A DNA stretch of 64,000 nt from Coleofasciculus chthonoplastes F2-STO-03. Its GTDB lineage: Bacteria; Cyanobacteriota; Cyanobacteriia; Cyanobacteriales; Coleofasciculaceae. Shown in pieces: positions 10,977 to 20,654 of this stretch; the first letter of the stretch is position 1, and the number at the start of each line of letters is the position of its first letter. A program made the position numbers and the translations under genes. The stretch lies in the NCBI GenBank assembly GCA_040222015.1, contig JAVJWO010000216.1, positions 32,001 to 96,000 of the forward strand. The letters are read 5' to 3'. Below the pieces are notes generated by a model. That model was given only the letters and a program-made list of their open reading frames with translations. It ran no database searches and was not told where the DNA came from.

Positions 10977-11885
10977 ATGGCAACCTTAGTTGTAACCACC
11001 GATACAGTTTTCAAAACTCAACCGATTCAATCTTCAGAACTCCCCGACTCCGAGAAGCACCCTGTATCCCAGGGAGAATTCGGACTCAAAAGTTATCAGG
11101 AGGAAAAGGGTCATTTAAAAATTACCCTCGTCAATCCCTTGCGCGATCGCACAGAATGGTATGTGTTTAAAGGACACGCTGAAGTCCTTAACACCTCCAC
11201 CTTAGTGGTCACCCAAGATACCATCTTCAAGACTAAACCCCTACAAGCCAAAGACCTACCCGACTCCGAGAAACTCCCCGTTTCCCAACGAGAACTTGCG
11301 GTCAAAATCTTCCAGGAAAGAGGTGTTCATCTGCTGGTGACGTTAATTAATCCAATTGACAATGATTCTAACCGCCTGGACTGGTATGTGTACGAAGGTC
11401 ACATCGATTTGCTAAAAATCGCCACCTACTCCCCGCCAATGGACGAACCTGAGCCCGTGAATCGGGGGATTTTGTTCCGATTACCAGGACGCGGACAAGT
11501 TGGAACAGACGACTCGATTATACCTAATGGTAATTTTACCTGGGGTGAAGCAACCAAAAATGGGACTCGTATACCCGTTAATGAATTGATTGTGAATAAC
11601 ATCATCGCCATGACGCGACGGATGGAAGAGGTGAGAGAACGGTTGGGAAATCGATCCACGATTATTACCAGTTGGTACCGCCCCCCGCATGTGAATCGGG
11701 CGGTTGGTGGTGCTAGTCGTTCCACTCACTTACAAGGACATGGGGTTGACTTCGTGGTCAGTGGACTAACACCGCGAGACGTGCAGCGACAACTTGATTC
11801 GTGGTGGCCCGGTGGATTGGGATATGGTCGGACTTTTACCCATCTGGATAACCGAGGGTATCGGGCGAGGTGGAATTACAATTAG
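10977..11885 (+). CDS. Peptidase M15A (D-Ala-D-Ala carboxypeptidase family metallohydrolase) with duplicated N-terminal domain
   Basis: ITSWYRPP.VNRAVGGA.RSTHL.GHGVD and FTHLD.RG motifs; two ~72-aa N-terminal repeats (TLVVT.DT.FKT.P.Q..LPDSEK). Confidence 0.88.
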   Translation: MATLVVTTDTVFKTQPIQSSELPDSEKHPVSQGEFGLKSYQEEKGHLKITLVNPLRDRTEWYVFKGHAEVLNTSTLVVTQDTIFKTKPLQAKDLPDSEKLPVSQRELAVKIFQERGVHLLVTLINPIDNDSNRLDWYVYEGHIDLLKIATYSPPMDEPEPVNRGILFRLPGRGQVGTDDSIIPNGNFTWGEATKNGTRIPVNELIVNNIIAMTRRMEEVRERLGNRSTIITSWYRPPHVNRAVGGASRSTHLQGHGVDFVVSGLTPRDVQRQLDSWWPGGLGYGRTFTHLDNRGYRARWNYN

Positions 11886-11932
11886 CTATTCCCTATTCTC
11901 TGTTCCCTATTCCCTGTTAAGCAGTTCCCTAC

Positions 11933-13792
11933 TTAAATAAATTGCCAAAGTTTAATCGTTTTATCTTGAGCCGCACTCGCCAAGGTTGAACTATCTGGAC
12001 TAATTGCCACAGACATTACACCAGGGGAATGATCCGATAAGGTCTGGATCAGTTTTCCACGACCCGGATGCCAAAGTCTAACCGTTCCATCAGCACTACC
12101 ACTGATCAATAAGCGACCTTTAGCGCTGATTGCAACAGAATGAACCGCATCTGTATGTCCAGCCAGCGTCAATAAAATATCACCTGTCCTCAAGTTCCAG
12201 ACTTGAATCGTCGCATCCGCACTACCACTGATTAAAAGTTGACCACTAGGACTAAAGACGAGTGAATTGACGGCATCGGTATGACCATGTAGGGTCAGTT
12301 GAATTTCACCTGTGGCTAAATTCCACAATTTAATCGTGCGATCTGCACTACCACTTGCCAGAATCTGTCCATCTGGACTAATGACAATCGTATGAATCAT
12401 GCTGGAATGACCATCAAGAGTTTTCTGTATATCTTGTGTGTTTACATTCCAAATATTAATTGTTTTATCAGCACTGCCACTGGCGAGAAGCTGTCCATCT
12501 GGACTAAACGCAACTGACTTAATCCAACCTGAATGTTGCTTCAGGGTATGCTTTAATGTTTGGGTCGTTAATTCCCAAACTTTAATCGTGTGATCCCAAC
12601 TCCCACTGACTAAAAACTGTCCATCTGGACTAAAAGCAATGGTATCAATTAAACTAGAATGCCCAGAAAATGTATAACTTGGTATACCACTCTCCAGATG
12701 CCAGAGTTTAACGCTACGATCCGCACCCCCACTAGCTAGAATCTGCCCGTCTGGATGAAAGGCGATCGCATGAATCGAACTCGAATGACCCCGCAACGTT
12801 CGTACACATTGCCACGTCGGTGTTAGCGTGTTTGGTTTAACCGATGGATTTGGGGAAGTGACTGACAATGATTGGGCTAACGTCTGGGTTAGATGCAAAT
12901 CCTGGAGAATCTGTGCGGCTGACTGATAGCGCAGTTTTACCGCCCCCTCCAACATTTTATTCAAGGTTTGCTTGAGGCGATCGCTAATGGGTTCAACTAG
13001 GTAGTCTTGCCACACCCACATTCCTTCTAAACTGTTAAATAAGTCAAAGGGATGAATGCTGGTTAGTAAATGAATACACGTCACCCCTAAACTATACAAA
13101 TCACTACTTGTTACCGCTTTGCCCATCAGTTGTTCTGGGGCGGCATAAGCCGCAGAACCAATAACCGTTCCGGTTCGGGCTAATGCTGTTTTCGTGGTCA
13201 ATTTTGCGGCACTAAAATCAACGAGAACCAGTTTATCGGCTTCTGTCTCGATTCCTGTACTGGGACAACAGATAATATTGGCTGGATTAATATCTCGGTG
13301 AATAACCTGATGAGAATGAATATACTGGAATACAGGCAACAGTTGTGCCAAGATATGGCGAATCTGGGTTTCCTTAAATGCCCCTTCTTTCGCTAATTGT
13401 TGGGCTAAACTCTCTCCCTCCACTAAGCGTTGCACGATCGCACCCGTCGTTCCCCTTTGCGGATTAGGTTCAAAATAAGCCACCAGTTGGGGAATCTGGG
13501 GATGTTCGCCTAGAGTTTGTAATCGGGCGGCTTCTTGACGAAAGGATGCCGCTGCTTTCTCAATATTGGTTGTCCCTTGATTGGTAGGTGAAAACTGCTT
13601 AATAATACAAGTGGATAATCCCGACTCAGATTCGTCAATTGCCCGAAAGGTACGACCAATACCCCCCTGACTAATCAACTCCATCGCCCGGTAGCGATCG
13701 CCTAAAAGTAATCTTGACCCACAAGTGGAGCAAAATCTGGCATGATCAGGGTTGTCGGGTTTGGGGCAAGTTAGGTTAAGGCAGTAACTCAT
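11933..13792 (-). CDS. Ser/Thr protein kinase with C-terminal WD40 repeats
   Basis: N-terminal Cys4 Zn ribbon, IHRDINPANI, DFS, APE; seven GH...WD-type repeats. Confidence 0.93.
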   Translation of the reverse strand: MSYCLNLTCPKPDNPDHARFCSTCGSRLLLGDRYRAMELISQGGIGRTFRAIDESESGLSTCIIKQFSPTNQGTTNIEKAAASFRQEAARLQTLGEHPQIPQLVAYFEPNPQRGTTGAIVQRLVEGESLAQQLAKEGAFKETQIRHILAQLLPVFQYIHSHQVIHRDINPANIICCPSTGIETEADKLVLVDFSAAKLTTKTALARTGTVIGSAAYAAPEQLMGKAVTSSDLYSLGVTCIHLLTSIHPFDLFNSLEGMWVWQDYLVEPISDRLKQTLNKMLEGAVKLRYQSAAQILQDLHLTQTLAQSLSVTSPNPSVKPNTLTPTWQCVRTLRGHSSSIHAIAFHPDGQILASGGADRSVKLWHLESGIPSYTFSGHSSLIDTIAFSPDGQFLVSGSWDHTIKVWELTTQTLKHTLKQHSGWIKSVAFSPDGQLLASGSADKTINIWNVNTQDIQKTLDGHSSMIHTIVISPDGQILASGSADRTIKLWNLATGEIQLTLHGHTDAVNSLVFSPSGQLLISGSADATIQVWNLRTGDILLTLAGHTDAVHSVAISAKGRLLISGSADGTVRLWHPGRGKLIQTLSDHSPGVMSVAISPDSSTLASAAQDKTIKLWQFI

Positions 13793-14119
13793 TCGCGAAT
13801 TTTTAGAGTCAAGAGTTGATCCTATTGTGACTTGTATCCAGCTAGTGCCGCTTCCCCAGCTTCCCTCACTTCCCCTGCTCCCTTAAGTCACGCATTGAAA
13901 TTGGGTATAGGTAGTGAGCAAGATGCTCACACTACGACAAGGATTTCGCAATTATTGACATTAAGCTTTAAGTAGGTTATAGGAAATAAACCAGGAGGAA
14001 AAAGTAGTGCGAGCGTCTCGCTCGCTATTTTGTATGGGTTTTTTCTCCCCTAGCTCGCTCCCCTAACTCCCCTAGCTCGCCCAGCTTCTCCAGCTCCCTC
14101 AGCTCCCCAATCCCTTGCA

Positions 14120-14515
14120 TCATGCTTCCTGTATCCGGCTAATAGACGGCTGGCGTATCATCAAATCCTCAGTCGTTGACACAAAACCATGTCTGCTGTA
14201 CCAGGCGCGTAAATTTTCTATGCCAAAAGGACTACCCTTGTCCAATTCTAGAGTAATCGGTTTATCATTAAACATTTGGCAAAGCATCTTCAGGATTTTA
14301 GAACCATACCCTTTGCCACGATTACCAGGCATGACATTTAAGAAATGAATAAAATAGGAGGTTTCATCCTCACAGACAGATACCACTCCGACTAAGTCAT
14401 CTGCCTGAGTAAACTCATACCTCATTTCCCCTTGAGATCCAAAAGTTCTGGGAAAGACTCGTACCGATAGATTCACGGTTAACTCATCCTCTCGTCCATT
14501 CAACTTATACACCAA
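14120..14515 (-). CDS. GNAT-family acetyltransferase
   Basis: V.PGNRGKGYGSKIL acetyl-CoA motif, WYSRHGF. Confidence 0.75.
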   Translation of the reverse strand: MVYKLNGREDELTVNLSVRVFPRTFGSQGEMRYEFTQADDLVGVVSVCEDETSYFIHFLNVMPGNRGKGYGSKILKMLCQMFNDKPITLELDKGSPFGIENLRAWYSRHGFVSTTEDLMIRQPSISRIQEA

Positions 14516-14812
14516 TCTATTTTCAAAGTCCGGTTAGTGTGTCGGCAGATGTAACCCTAGTTAGCATTTCGTAATTTGTCTTATGTCTTATGTTTGTTTC
14601 CTCAGCTTCAGTAGACACCTATGGAACGTAACAGGCGGCGCGATCGCATTTAGCTTGAACATCTGGAAAGGTGATTGAATCACAGCTTCTGAAGAAAAAT
14701 CTATCTTTTTGGAGATACCTCTTTGTCAATTATCGTTTCCTCTGATAGAGGTAAACCAGACTTCAATCAAAAATAATAAAAATGTAACAAACTCTCATGG
14801 GAGAGAACGCCA

Positions 14813-15196
14813 ATGCGATATAAAAATCTTACAGCTATAGGAATCCTAGCCGCCATGTTCGGCTTAGCGAACCCTGTCTCGGCTCAATCACCAGTCACGA
14901 CCAAAGCCGACGACGTTACTCTCTCTGGCGAATCCCTAAAAGGCATTGAACAGAGAAATCTCGGCGATGATTTTGACCAGTTCTTTTTAGACGATCCAGC
15001 CCTGGCATGGAGAGGAACGGGTGGTAGCCAGATTAATTTTAACAACCAAGCTGGTGCTGACTTTCAGTTAATAGACGATGTGGAAATCTCAGTTAACGAA
15101 CCCTTATCTCCACCGATCAGTCCAATCAATTTCCGCAGACACGAGAATTTAAGCAGCGGTCTTGATCGCGTGGAAGTACAAGTTAAACTTGATTAA
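14813..15196 (+). CDS. Hypothetical secreted protein
   Basis: GGGAG RBS-like sequence upstream, signal peptide ending PVSA-Q. Confidence 0.7.
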   Translation: MRYKNLTAIGILAAMFGLANPVSAQSPVTTKADDVTLSGESLKGIEQRNLGDDFDQFFLDDPALAWRGTGGSQINFNNQAGADFQLIDDVEISVNEPLSPPISPINFRRHENLSSGLDRVEVQVKLD

Positions 15197-15313
15197 TGGT
15201 TATATGTTTTTCCGAAAGTAGGGGCGGGTTTAGGACTTTCATTTTGTTATTGATGATCAAGTTTATTCAAAACCCGCCCTGACAGAGTGATTTGTCACCA
15301 ACCCGATAAACAC

Positions 15314-16291
15314 CTATTTCAACATAATCTTATGATTGGTTTCGGCAGATTGGCAAGCGGCGTCTCCCACCTGAAGCGCATATAAACTGGCTGCACTCGA
15401 CACATACAGAGACTTTCCATCCACTAGATGATCCAATACCATTTGCGTATCTTGAACAAATAAACCGCGACGCCCTGCTACAGTAATGGGTTGTTCTTCC
15501 TCTCCCCGAATTAATTTACCTTGATCGCCTTCAAACACCAGCGTACCTTGATCGCCGTGGACTTCAAACGTCCGCAATCTCTGCCAAAATACTTCCCCCT
15601 TGCCATAGGTTACGTGGGCAATTAGTCCATTGACAAACTGTAATTGAGCCGTACAGAGACAGGCACGATAATAGTCTGAATTTTGCCAAAACTGAGCATT
15701 ACAGCTAACGGTTGCGACGTTACCAAATAAATTTGTAAATCGATGGATGTGGGGTAATGCGGCTTTAAAGGGAAAGCCAAATAAGTCCCGATGGTATGTC
15801 CAGCGCTGCGGTGCTGGCTGTTTCGGCACAATGGTGACGTATCGGGCATAAAAAGGAGTGCCAATCTCTGGTAGCGATTGCTGTAAGGCTTGATGTAAGC
15901 CGCCTAATAGCTCAATATGTTCCACATGTAGAAGTTTGCCTTGGGCTTGGGCAAGGGCAATTAGGGATTCGGCTTCTGTCGGATCAAGGGAAATCGGATA
16001 TTCGACAACAACATGCTTCCCTGCGGTTAAAGCCGCCCTAACAATCGCACCATGATCACGATTAATCGTACAAACAAAGACTAAATCCACGTCCGGATGT
16101 GCCACCACCTGTTGCCAAGACTCGACGACGCTGGTTTGGTGACGTTGTACAAAGTCTTGCACGGTTTCCGGGGTATGCCCACTGACAACCACTAGCTGCG
16201 ATCGCGCATCCGCCTGTAAGGTTTGCGCCCGTTGGTTGGCGGCATATCCAGTCCCAACAATACCAGCCCGAATAGGCAGTTTATCCATCAT
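15314..16291 (-). CDS. bvdR: Gfo/Idh/MocA oxidoreductase, likely biliverdin reductase
   Basis: GIVGTGYAA, GKHVVVEYP, HVEHIELLGGLH motifs of the biliverdin reductase family. Confidence 0.8.
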   Translation of the reverse strand: MMDKLPIRAGIVGTGYAANQRAQTLQADARSQLVVVSGHTPETVQDFVQRHQTSVVESWQQVVAHPDVDLVFVCTINRDHGAIVRAALTAGKHVVVEYPISLDPTEAESLIALAQAQGKLLHVEHIELLGGLHQALQQSLPEIGTPFYARYVTIVPKQPAPQRWTYHRDLFGFPFKAALPHIHRFTNLFGNVATVSCNAQFWQNSDYYRACLCTAQLQFVNGLIAHVTYGKGEVFWQRLRTFEVHGDQGTLVFEGDQGKLIRGEEEQPITVAGRRGLFVQDTQMVLDHLVDGKSLYVSSAASLYALQVGDAACQSAETNHKIMLK

Positions 16292-16523
16292 TTTTGATTA
16301 GTCCTCTCGTAAAAATCCCCCTATTCTAGAGTAACTAACTAGGTGAACACAGACAAACTCACCAAAGGACGGAAGGGGGATCTGATGCGGGAGAATGAGA
16401 GGGGCTGGGGGAGAGGTCAGAATTTTATCCACCTAACTTACAAAGAGAGTGGGTAAAATCACAGCGACTTAAAGTCTTCTTTCAGCACGTTTTGCTTCAT
16501 GGTAAAAAGCAATTGCGTCCTGG

Positions 16524-17252
16524 TTATTTTACCTTATTTTGCTTTCTGGAAGACTCTTTCTTCAACAAAGCACCAAATCCGAGAGCTAGACCTGAACCTA
16601 GGATAGTCAAGGGTTCAGGAACAGGTTTGGTGCCTACTTTGATTTGATACGCCAAGTTAGAGCGATTCGGTGGAGCTCCTGTCCAATCGAAGCTGATTGT
16701 ACCCGTCAGTGTAAACGGTGCTGAGATATCTTCAATCAACACATAGTCTACATCGTCACTATCGTTATCACTTGGAGCGGAAAAGGTATTCAAACTATCA
16801 ATATTCAGCCGTAAATTGCTGTTGGCTGTTTCTTTGGTACGAATATATATCGTATCAATTGGTTCGGTAAACGCTGTGCTGTTTAGTAGTGTTCCACCAA
16901 CGTTATAGTTGACTGTTGAGCCAGTGTACTCCAATGTGAAATCATAGACTGTACCATTCCCCCAGACAAACTGAGCGGATTGCACAGGAGTCCCAGCTTT
17001 ATCATTAATCCCCAACTCACGTTCAGCCTGGTTTGGGCTGTTATTACCAATTCGCCCTTCAGCCACGAAGAGTTCGGTAAATTCCCCACTATTGATTAAC
17101 CCATCGAACTGATCATCGGTAAAGTCGGGTAGTCTCGTGACTGTAGCCGCACTGGCAACACCCGAAACGATAGACATACCCACAGTGGCTAAACCAACGC
17201 CTAAAGCGACTCCAGCTGCTCTAAAGGAAATTTTTGAGTAGATGCTATTCAT
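16524..17252 (-). CDS. PEP-CTERM sorting-domain protein (choice-of-anchor W-like)
   Basis: Signal peptide; C-terminal VPEPLTILGSGLALGFGALLKK cyanobacterial PEP-CTERM. Confidence 0.85.
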   Translation of the reverse strand: MNSIYSKISFRAAGVALGVGLATVGMSIVSGVASAATVTRLPDFTDDQFDGLINSGEFTELFVAEGRIGNNSPNQAERELGINDKAGTPVQSAQFVWGNGTVYDFTLEYTGSTVNYNVGGTLLNSTAFTEPIDTIYIRTKETANSNLRLNIDSLNTFSAPSDNDSDDVDYVLIEDISAPFTLTGTISFDWTGAPPNRSNLAYQIKVGTKPVPEPLTILGSGLALGFGALLKKESSRKQNKVK

Positions 17253-17567
17253 AGTTGCACCCCGTATATGTGCTTACCTACCAGTATAATTCTCTCTTGA
17301 GAGAATTTATGTGAAGTGTTGATAAAGTAAGATCCAAATCCTAGCGCAAAATCCATAGTTATGTTAATTCAACAAAAATTGTCAATATTTTTTAAGTAGG
17401 GTCACATTTCCATGCCAGCCAACGAGGAAAAATTTGAGGATTGTCTATAGAAATTCTCAATAACTAGATCGAGACACACTTAACATCTCAGAATCAACCC
17501 AATCGGGGCGGCTTTAGAAAACAAGCATTAGGAGAGTTGATATCTAAGTGGGTTCTTGCTGTTTAAC

Positions 17568-18251
17568 TTAACACCCCTCACCAAACCGATATCCCTTCCC
17601 GTATACCGTGTGAATCAATGGGGCTTCACCAGGAGCCTCTATTTTGCGGCGTAACAAGCGCACTAAAGCCGCTAAGACATTACTACTGGGTTGTTCTTCA
17701 TCCTGCCACAACTGCTGATAAATTTCCCCATGAGTCAACAGTTGACCCGAATGACGCATAAAATAGTCTAGAAGCTGAGTTTCTTTTTCCGAGAGTTCAA
17801 TTAATCGTCCATTACGATAGGCGAGCTGATTTTCCACATCCAGTTCTAAAGAAGCGACGCGCAACCGAACAGGCGCATTGGTTTCCGTCGCCGTTGAACG
17901 CCGCAACAGGGCGCGAACCCTAGCCAGCAACTCTCGCAGTTCAAAGGGTTTGACAAGATAATCATCAGCCCCTGCATCCAATCCCATAACTCGATCATCC
18001 AGGGTGTCTTTAGCCGTAAGGAAGAGAACCGGCGTCGTTTTCCCTTGCGATCGCAAGTGTTGGCAAAGCTCTAACCCAGACTGATGCGGTAACATCCAAT
18101 CTAAAATCAGCAAGTCATAGTCGCTTTGCATCGCTAACTGGTGTCCCGACTGTCCCTCATAAGCCACATCAACCTCATATCCCTCCCGTTTGAGGACTCG
18201 GCTTAAAGGATCAGTGAGTTCAACTTCATCATCAACCAACAGAATACGCAT
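17568..18251 (-). CDS. rppA: OmpR-family response regulator, RppA type
   Basis: MRILLVDDEVELTDPL, GLDAGADDYLVKPF, IHTVYGKGYRF. Confidence 0.8.
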   Translation of the reverse strand: MRILLVDDEVELTDPLSRVLKREGYEVDVAYEGQSGHQLAMQSDYDLLILDWMLPHQSGLELCQHLRSQGKTTPVLFLTAKDTLDDRVMGLDAGADDYLVKPFELRELLARVRALLRRSTATETNAPVRLRVASLELDVENQLAYRNGRLIELSEKETQLLDYFMRHSGQLLTHGEIYQQLWQDEEQPSSNVLAALVRLLRRKIEAPGEAPLIHTVYGKGYRFGEGC

Positions 18252-18346
18252 TATTCATTCGTTAGGGAACTCTTAACAGGGAACAGGGAACGGGGAACGG
18301 GGAATACACTATATTATGGTGAATATTGCTGCGCTTAACGATGCCC

Positions 18347-20404
18347 ATGTCTGTATCCCGGCTCAATGTAACCGAAGGCTGGCTAGAAGCCAATCAGCAG
18401 TATTTGATGGGAGAGATTGCGCGAGTGCGTCAAGCCTTGGAACGCAAGAGTGATCAAATCACTACAGGTATCTCTCTTACCTTAACCAATGGCTTCTATC
18501 CCAATGGAAATGGTTCACACCATCAATCCGACACGTCTCTTTCACCGCCTCCCTTGTTAGATCAACTTTGCCAAATGTTTGGGCTTTCATCGTTTGAGCG
18601 AGATTTGCTGTTGTTATGTGCGGGGATGGAATTTGACGCCTCTTGGGGATTGCTCTGCGGCATCGCTCAAAGTAATGATGAATTCAAGTATCCCACATTT
18701 GCTCTAGCGTTGAATATATTGCCCCACGGACATTGGGGAGCGCTGACGCCAGATGCACCGTTGCGCCACTGGCGGTTAATTGACGTGGGTGAAGGATTTA
18801 CGTTAACCAGTAGTTCCCTACGGATTGATGAGCGGATTTTGCATTACCTGCGCGGCGTTCAATATATTGATGAGCGCTTGGCGAGTATGGAAGAACCGAT
18901 GCCTTTACCGGGTATTTTAGTCTCCTCTCATCAGCAAAGTGTCCAACAAATTGCTACAACCTGGTTACAGGTGGGCGAGGGGACATTTCCGGTAGTGCAG
19001 CTCTGTGGAGAAGATGTCACCAGTAAACGTGCGATCGCGCGAGCCGTATGCGATCATCTAGGGATTAATCTCCATGCCCTTTCCGCCGAATCTCTACCCA
19101 CGAATACCAGTCAACTGAATATCGTTAAGACTCTCTATGAACGGGAATGGGCATTAAGTAGCACGGTACTCTTACTCAACTGCGATCATCTCGAAACCAA
19201 TGATCCAGCCAGAGAAAGCGCGATCGCTCGTTTCATCGAAAGCCTAAACACACCCCTGATTGTAACGAGTCGCGATCGACGCCGCCAACGCCAGCGTCCC
19301 ATTATCACCATAGATGTCCATCATCCTACCAGTGACGAGCAGCGTTTAATTTGGCAAAATGCATTAGCCGATAAAGCGGCACAACTTGAGCCGGCAATCA
19401 ACCTATTAGTCTCCACATTTAACCTTAGCGCCCCCAACATTCATACCGCTTGCTTAACCATCAAAGGAATGGATCTTGAGACACCAGAAGAAGATGAACA
19501 ACCGATAGACGAAGAAAATAACAACCCATCCGCCCTCCCACCCATGACCACTAAATTGTGGGACGTTTGCTGTATTCAAGCCCGTCCCCGCATGGAAGAA
19601 TTAGCCCAACGAATTGACACATCCGCCACTTGGGACGATTTAATTTTGCCAGACAGAGAACGCACTGTCTTGGCAGAAATCGTCACCCATGTGCGCCACC
19701 GGATGAAGGTCTATGAAAGTTGGGGATTTGCCGGAAAAAGTCGCCGTGGTTTGGGAATTAGCGCTTTATTTGCTGGTGCCAGTGGAACGGGAAAAACCAT
19801 GGCAGCAGAGGTGATCGGCAAAGAGTTACGATTAGATGTCTATCGGATCGATCTCAGTTCAGTTATTAGTAAATATATTGGTGAAACGGAAAAGAACTTA
19901 CGCCGAGTTTTTGATGCCGCAGAAGGGGGTGGATCGATCCTTTTATTTGATGAAGCCGACGCCTTATTTGGTAAACGTTCTGAGGTCAAAGACTCTCATG
20001 ATCGCCATGCCAATATTGAGGTCAGTTATCTGTTGCAGCGCATGGAATCCTATCGAGGATTGGCAATTTTAACCAGCAATATTAAAAGTGCCTTAGACCA
20101 AGCCTTTATGCGCCGGATTCGCTTTATTGTTCAATTTCCCTTCCCTGACGCGGAGCAACGCCAAGAAATTTGGAAACGGATCTTTCCTAAACAGACACCA
20201 ACTGAGAAGCTGGATTATCGGAAATTGGCAAAACTGAATGTAGCAGGGGGGAATATTCGTAGTATTGCCATGAATGCGGCGTTTATCGCGGCAGATGCTG
20301 GGGAACCCGTACAAATGAAACATATTTTGCAAGCCACTAAGAGTGAATATATCAAACTAGAGCGACCCTTAACTGATGTGGAAATTAGGGGATGGGTTAA
20401 ATAA
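18347..20404 (+). CDS. AAA+ ATPase of the eCIS/PVC (Afp15/Pvc15-like) family with N-terminal winged helix
   Basis: FGLSSFERDLLLLCAG, L.P.APLRHWRLI, GASGTGKT, IDLSSVISKYIGETEKNL, FDEADALFGKRSEVKDSHDRHAN; exact start uncertain. Confidence 0.9.
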   Translation: MSVSRLNVTEGWLEANQQYLMGEIARVRQALERKSDQITTGISLTLTNGFYPNGNGSHHQSDTSLSPPPLLDQLCQMFGLSSFERDLLLLCAGMEFDASWGLLCGIAQSNDEFKYPTFALALNILPHGHWGALTPDAPLRHWRLIDVGEGFTLTSSSLRIDERILHYLRGVQYIDERLASMEEPMPLPGILVSSHQQSVQQIATTWLQVGEGTFPVVQLCGEDVTSKRAIARAVCDHLGINLHALSAESLPTNTSQLNIVKTLYEREWALSSTVLLLNCDHLETNDPARESAIARFIESLNTPLIVTSRDRRRQRQRPIITIDVHHPTSDEQRLIWQNALADKAAQLEPAINLLVSTFNLSAPNIHTACLTIKGMDLETPEEDEQPIDEENNNPSALPPMTTKLWDVCCIQARPRMEELAQRIDTSATWDDLILPDRERTVLAEIVTHVRHRMKVYESWGFAGKSRRGLGISALFAGASGTGKTMAAEVIGKELRLDVYRIDLSSVISKYIGETEKNLRRVFDAAEGGGSILLFDEADALFGKRSEVKDSHDRHANIEVSYLLQRMESYRGLAILTSNIKSALDQAFMRRIRFIVQFPFPDAEQRQEIWKRIFPKQTPTEKLDYRKLAKLNVAGGNIRSIAMNAAFIAADAGEPVQMKHILQATKSEYIKLERPLTDVEIRGWVK

Positions 20405-20654
20405 GAGGTTTAGGGATTGTAACAATTCATGTAGAGACGTGCCATGGCATATCTGCCAATTGATTTTGTGTAGGGGCGGGTTTAGCCGTTTCATTTTGGT
20501 ATCTACCGATAACCTTTCAACAAAACCCGCCCTTTTTCGTCTTGGAGCCATAATTAGCTAAAGTTCCGTAACAATTTGACCAATCGCGAATTGCATAAAG
20601 GACTTGTGCAGGATAATATTAGGTATCCAATAAGTTGAGTTGGGAAGACTGGTC

